A stretch of DNA of 17,971 nucleotides from Pedosphaera sp. (GTDB taxonomy: Bacteria; Verrucomicrobiota; Verrucomicrobiia; Limisphaerales; SIBH01), in contig JANOQV010000091.1 in NCBI GenBank assembly GCA_031414955.1, positions 1 through 17,971 of the forward strand. Reading direction: 5' to 3'. Below, one piece after another: positions 16,687-17,971 of the stretch (its first letter is position 1; every line of letters begins with the position of its first letter). Below the pieces are notes generated by a model. It saw nothing but the letters and a program-made list of their open reading frames with translations, was not told the origin of the DNA and did not search any database. A program made the translations under genes and the position numbers.

Positions 16687-16741
16687 TCAGCTCGCGCCTT
16701 CGCCCTCGACTTCCCGCCCCCATTTTGATTTCCTCGCTGCC

Positions 16742-17923
16742 ATGAAATCCTTTTTCATGTTCCTCCTCCTCACCGCCACGCTCGCCCACGCTGCGGCACC
16801 CGTCGTCTCCAATGTCCGCGCCTCCCAGATGGCCGGCACCAAGAACGTCCAGATCCTCTATGACCTGAGCGATGCGGATGGCGATTTGCAGACCATCGCC
16901 GTGCAAATCTCCGGCGATGCGGGGCTGACCTACACCATCCCCGCCACGGCGCTCTCCGGGCACATCGGGGCCGGCGTCTCGCCGGGGGTGAACCGCTCCA
17001 TCATCTGGAACGCGGGCGTGGATTGGAACGGCCAGCTCGTGACCACCGCCAAGGTGCGCATCACCGCCAATGACGGCACCACTCCGGTCCCGCCGCCGGG
17101 CATGGTGTACATCCCGTCGGGGGTGTTTCAAATGGGGGACAATCTCGATGGCGATACGGCCGCGCTCCCCCTGCATAACGTCCAGGTGGAAGCCTTCTTC
17201 ATGGAGCGCTTCGAGGTGAGCAAGGAAGTCTGGCAGGCCGTGCAAACCTGGAGCACCGCCAATGGCTACAGCATCGGGGGCGGTGCCTTCGCCGCCCCGG
17301 CTCATCCGGTGCAATCCATCACTTGGTACGACATGGTCAAGTGGTGCAATGCCCGTTCGCAAAAGGAAAATCTAACGCCGTGCTATTACACGGATCTCGC
17401 GCAGACCGTGGTTTATCGCACCGGCACCGTGATTCTGACCAACGCGCTGGTGAAATGGAACGCCGACGGCTACCGCCTGCCCACCGAGGCGGAGTGGGAG
17501 AAGGCCGCGCGCGGTGGCCTGCTGGGCAAGCGATATCCGTGGGGCGATACGATCACCGGCAGCCAGGCGAACTACAGCGGCAGTGGCGATCCGTTTGAAG
17601 CGGCGAGCACGCGCACCACGCCCGTGGGCTACTACAACGGCTCGCAGGTGCCCGCCGGAGTGGACATGGCCAATGGCTACGGACTCTACGACATGAGCGG
17701 CAACATCTGGGAGTGGTGTTGGGATTGGTATGACAGCACCTACTACGGCAATCCGGCGGCGAACAACAATCCTCGCGGACCTGCTGCGGCGTTGAGCAAT
17801 CGTGTGCTGCGGGGCGGTTCGTGGGGCGATACCGCGGCCAACCTGCGGTGCGCGCGGCGCGACCTCAACACACCAGGCGACGCCTACTACTACTGTGGGT
17901 TCCGATGTGTGAGGGGGCTTTAG
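16742..17923 (+). CDS. Secreted FGE-sulfatase (SUMF1/CLec-fold) domain protein with an N-terminal Ig-like domain; candidate DGR target, 393 aa
   Basis: Signal peptide MKSFFMFLLLTATLAHA. FGE-domain motifs MVYIPSGVFQMGD, HPVQSITWYD, YRLPTEAEWEKAARGG, YPWG, NGYGLYDMSGNIWEWCWDWY, RVLRGGSW...GFRCVR. The CxxxxC catalytic pair of true FGE is absent. Confidence 0.9.
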   Translation: MKSFFMFLLLTATLAHAAAPVVSNVRASQMAGTKNVQILYDLSDADGDLQTIAVQISGDAGLTYTIPATALSGHIGAGVSPGVNRSIIWNAGVDWNGQLVTTAKVRITANDGTTPVPPPGMVYIPSGVFQMGDNLDGDTAALPLHNVQVEAFFMERFEVSKEVWQAVQTWSTANGYSIGGGAFAAPAHPVQSITWYDMVKWCNARSQKENLTPCYYTDLAQTVVYRTGTVILTNALVKWNADGYRLPTEAEWEKAARGGLLGKRYPWGDTITGSQANYSGSGDPFEAASTRTTPVGYYNGSQVPAGVDMANGYGLYDMSGNIWEWCWDWYDSTYYGNPAANNNPRGPAAALSNRVLRGGSWGDTAANLRCARRDLNTPGDAYYYCGFRCVRGL

Positions 17924-17971
17924 TTTCTTTTCTTTTACTCTTTTAAGCGGGGGCGCGGGGGCGCAGGGGCG

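Noticed and set aside
16442..16741. N-terminal 100-aa extension of the FGE-domain ORF
   Set aside because: It is read-through of MITE copy 2; the signal peptide begins at ATG 16742.
16742..17923. Annotation as a true formylglycine-generating enzyme
   Set aside because: The catalytic CxxxxC pair after RGGS is missing and no sulfatase is adjacent; a non-catalytic CLec binding fold is more likely.

Overview
GC-rich bacterial window. Gene content and protein style suggest Verrucomicrobiota (inference). Nine supportable CDSs: a deoxyhypusine-synthase-like (SpeY-type) protein, a secreted SGNH + alpha/beta-hydrolase fusion, a secreted WDG-repeat beta-propeller, a ~2,070 aa secreted lamin-tail/CotH-kinase/Ig protein, a lipoprotein, a GlcF-like Fe-S oxidoreductase, CinA, a small ferredoxin, and a secreted FGE-sulfatase (CLec-fold) protein. 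Two intrinsic terminators are visible. Highlights: (1) the last gene looks like a diversity-generating retroelement (DGR) target with a C-terminal variable-region-like tail, but no template repeat or RT lies in the window; (2) a REP/REPIN-like family whose stems differ in sequence but share one grammar (GGAG-like tetramer, pyrimidine, 7-bp GC..GC stem), with four doublets at a fixed 61-62 nt spacing; (3) two of these doublets sit inside ~175-bp MITE-like elements with IS5-like terminal inverted repeats; (4) another doublet lies in-frame in a CDS and encodes the linker between two esterase domains.
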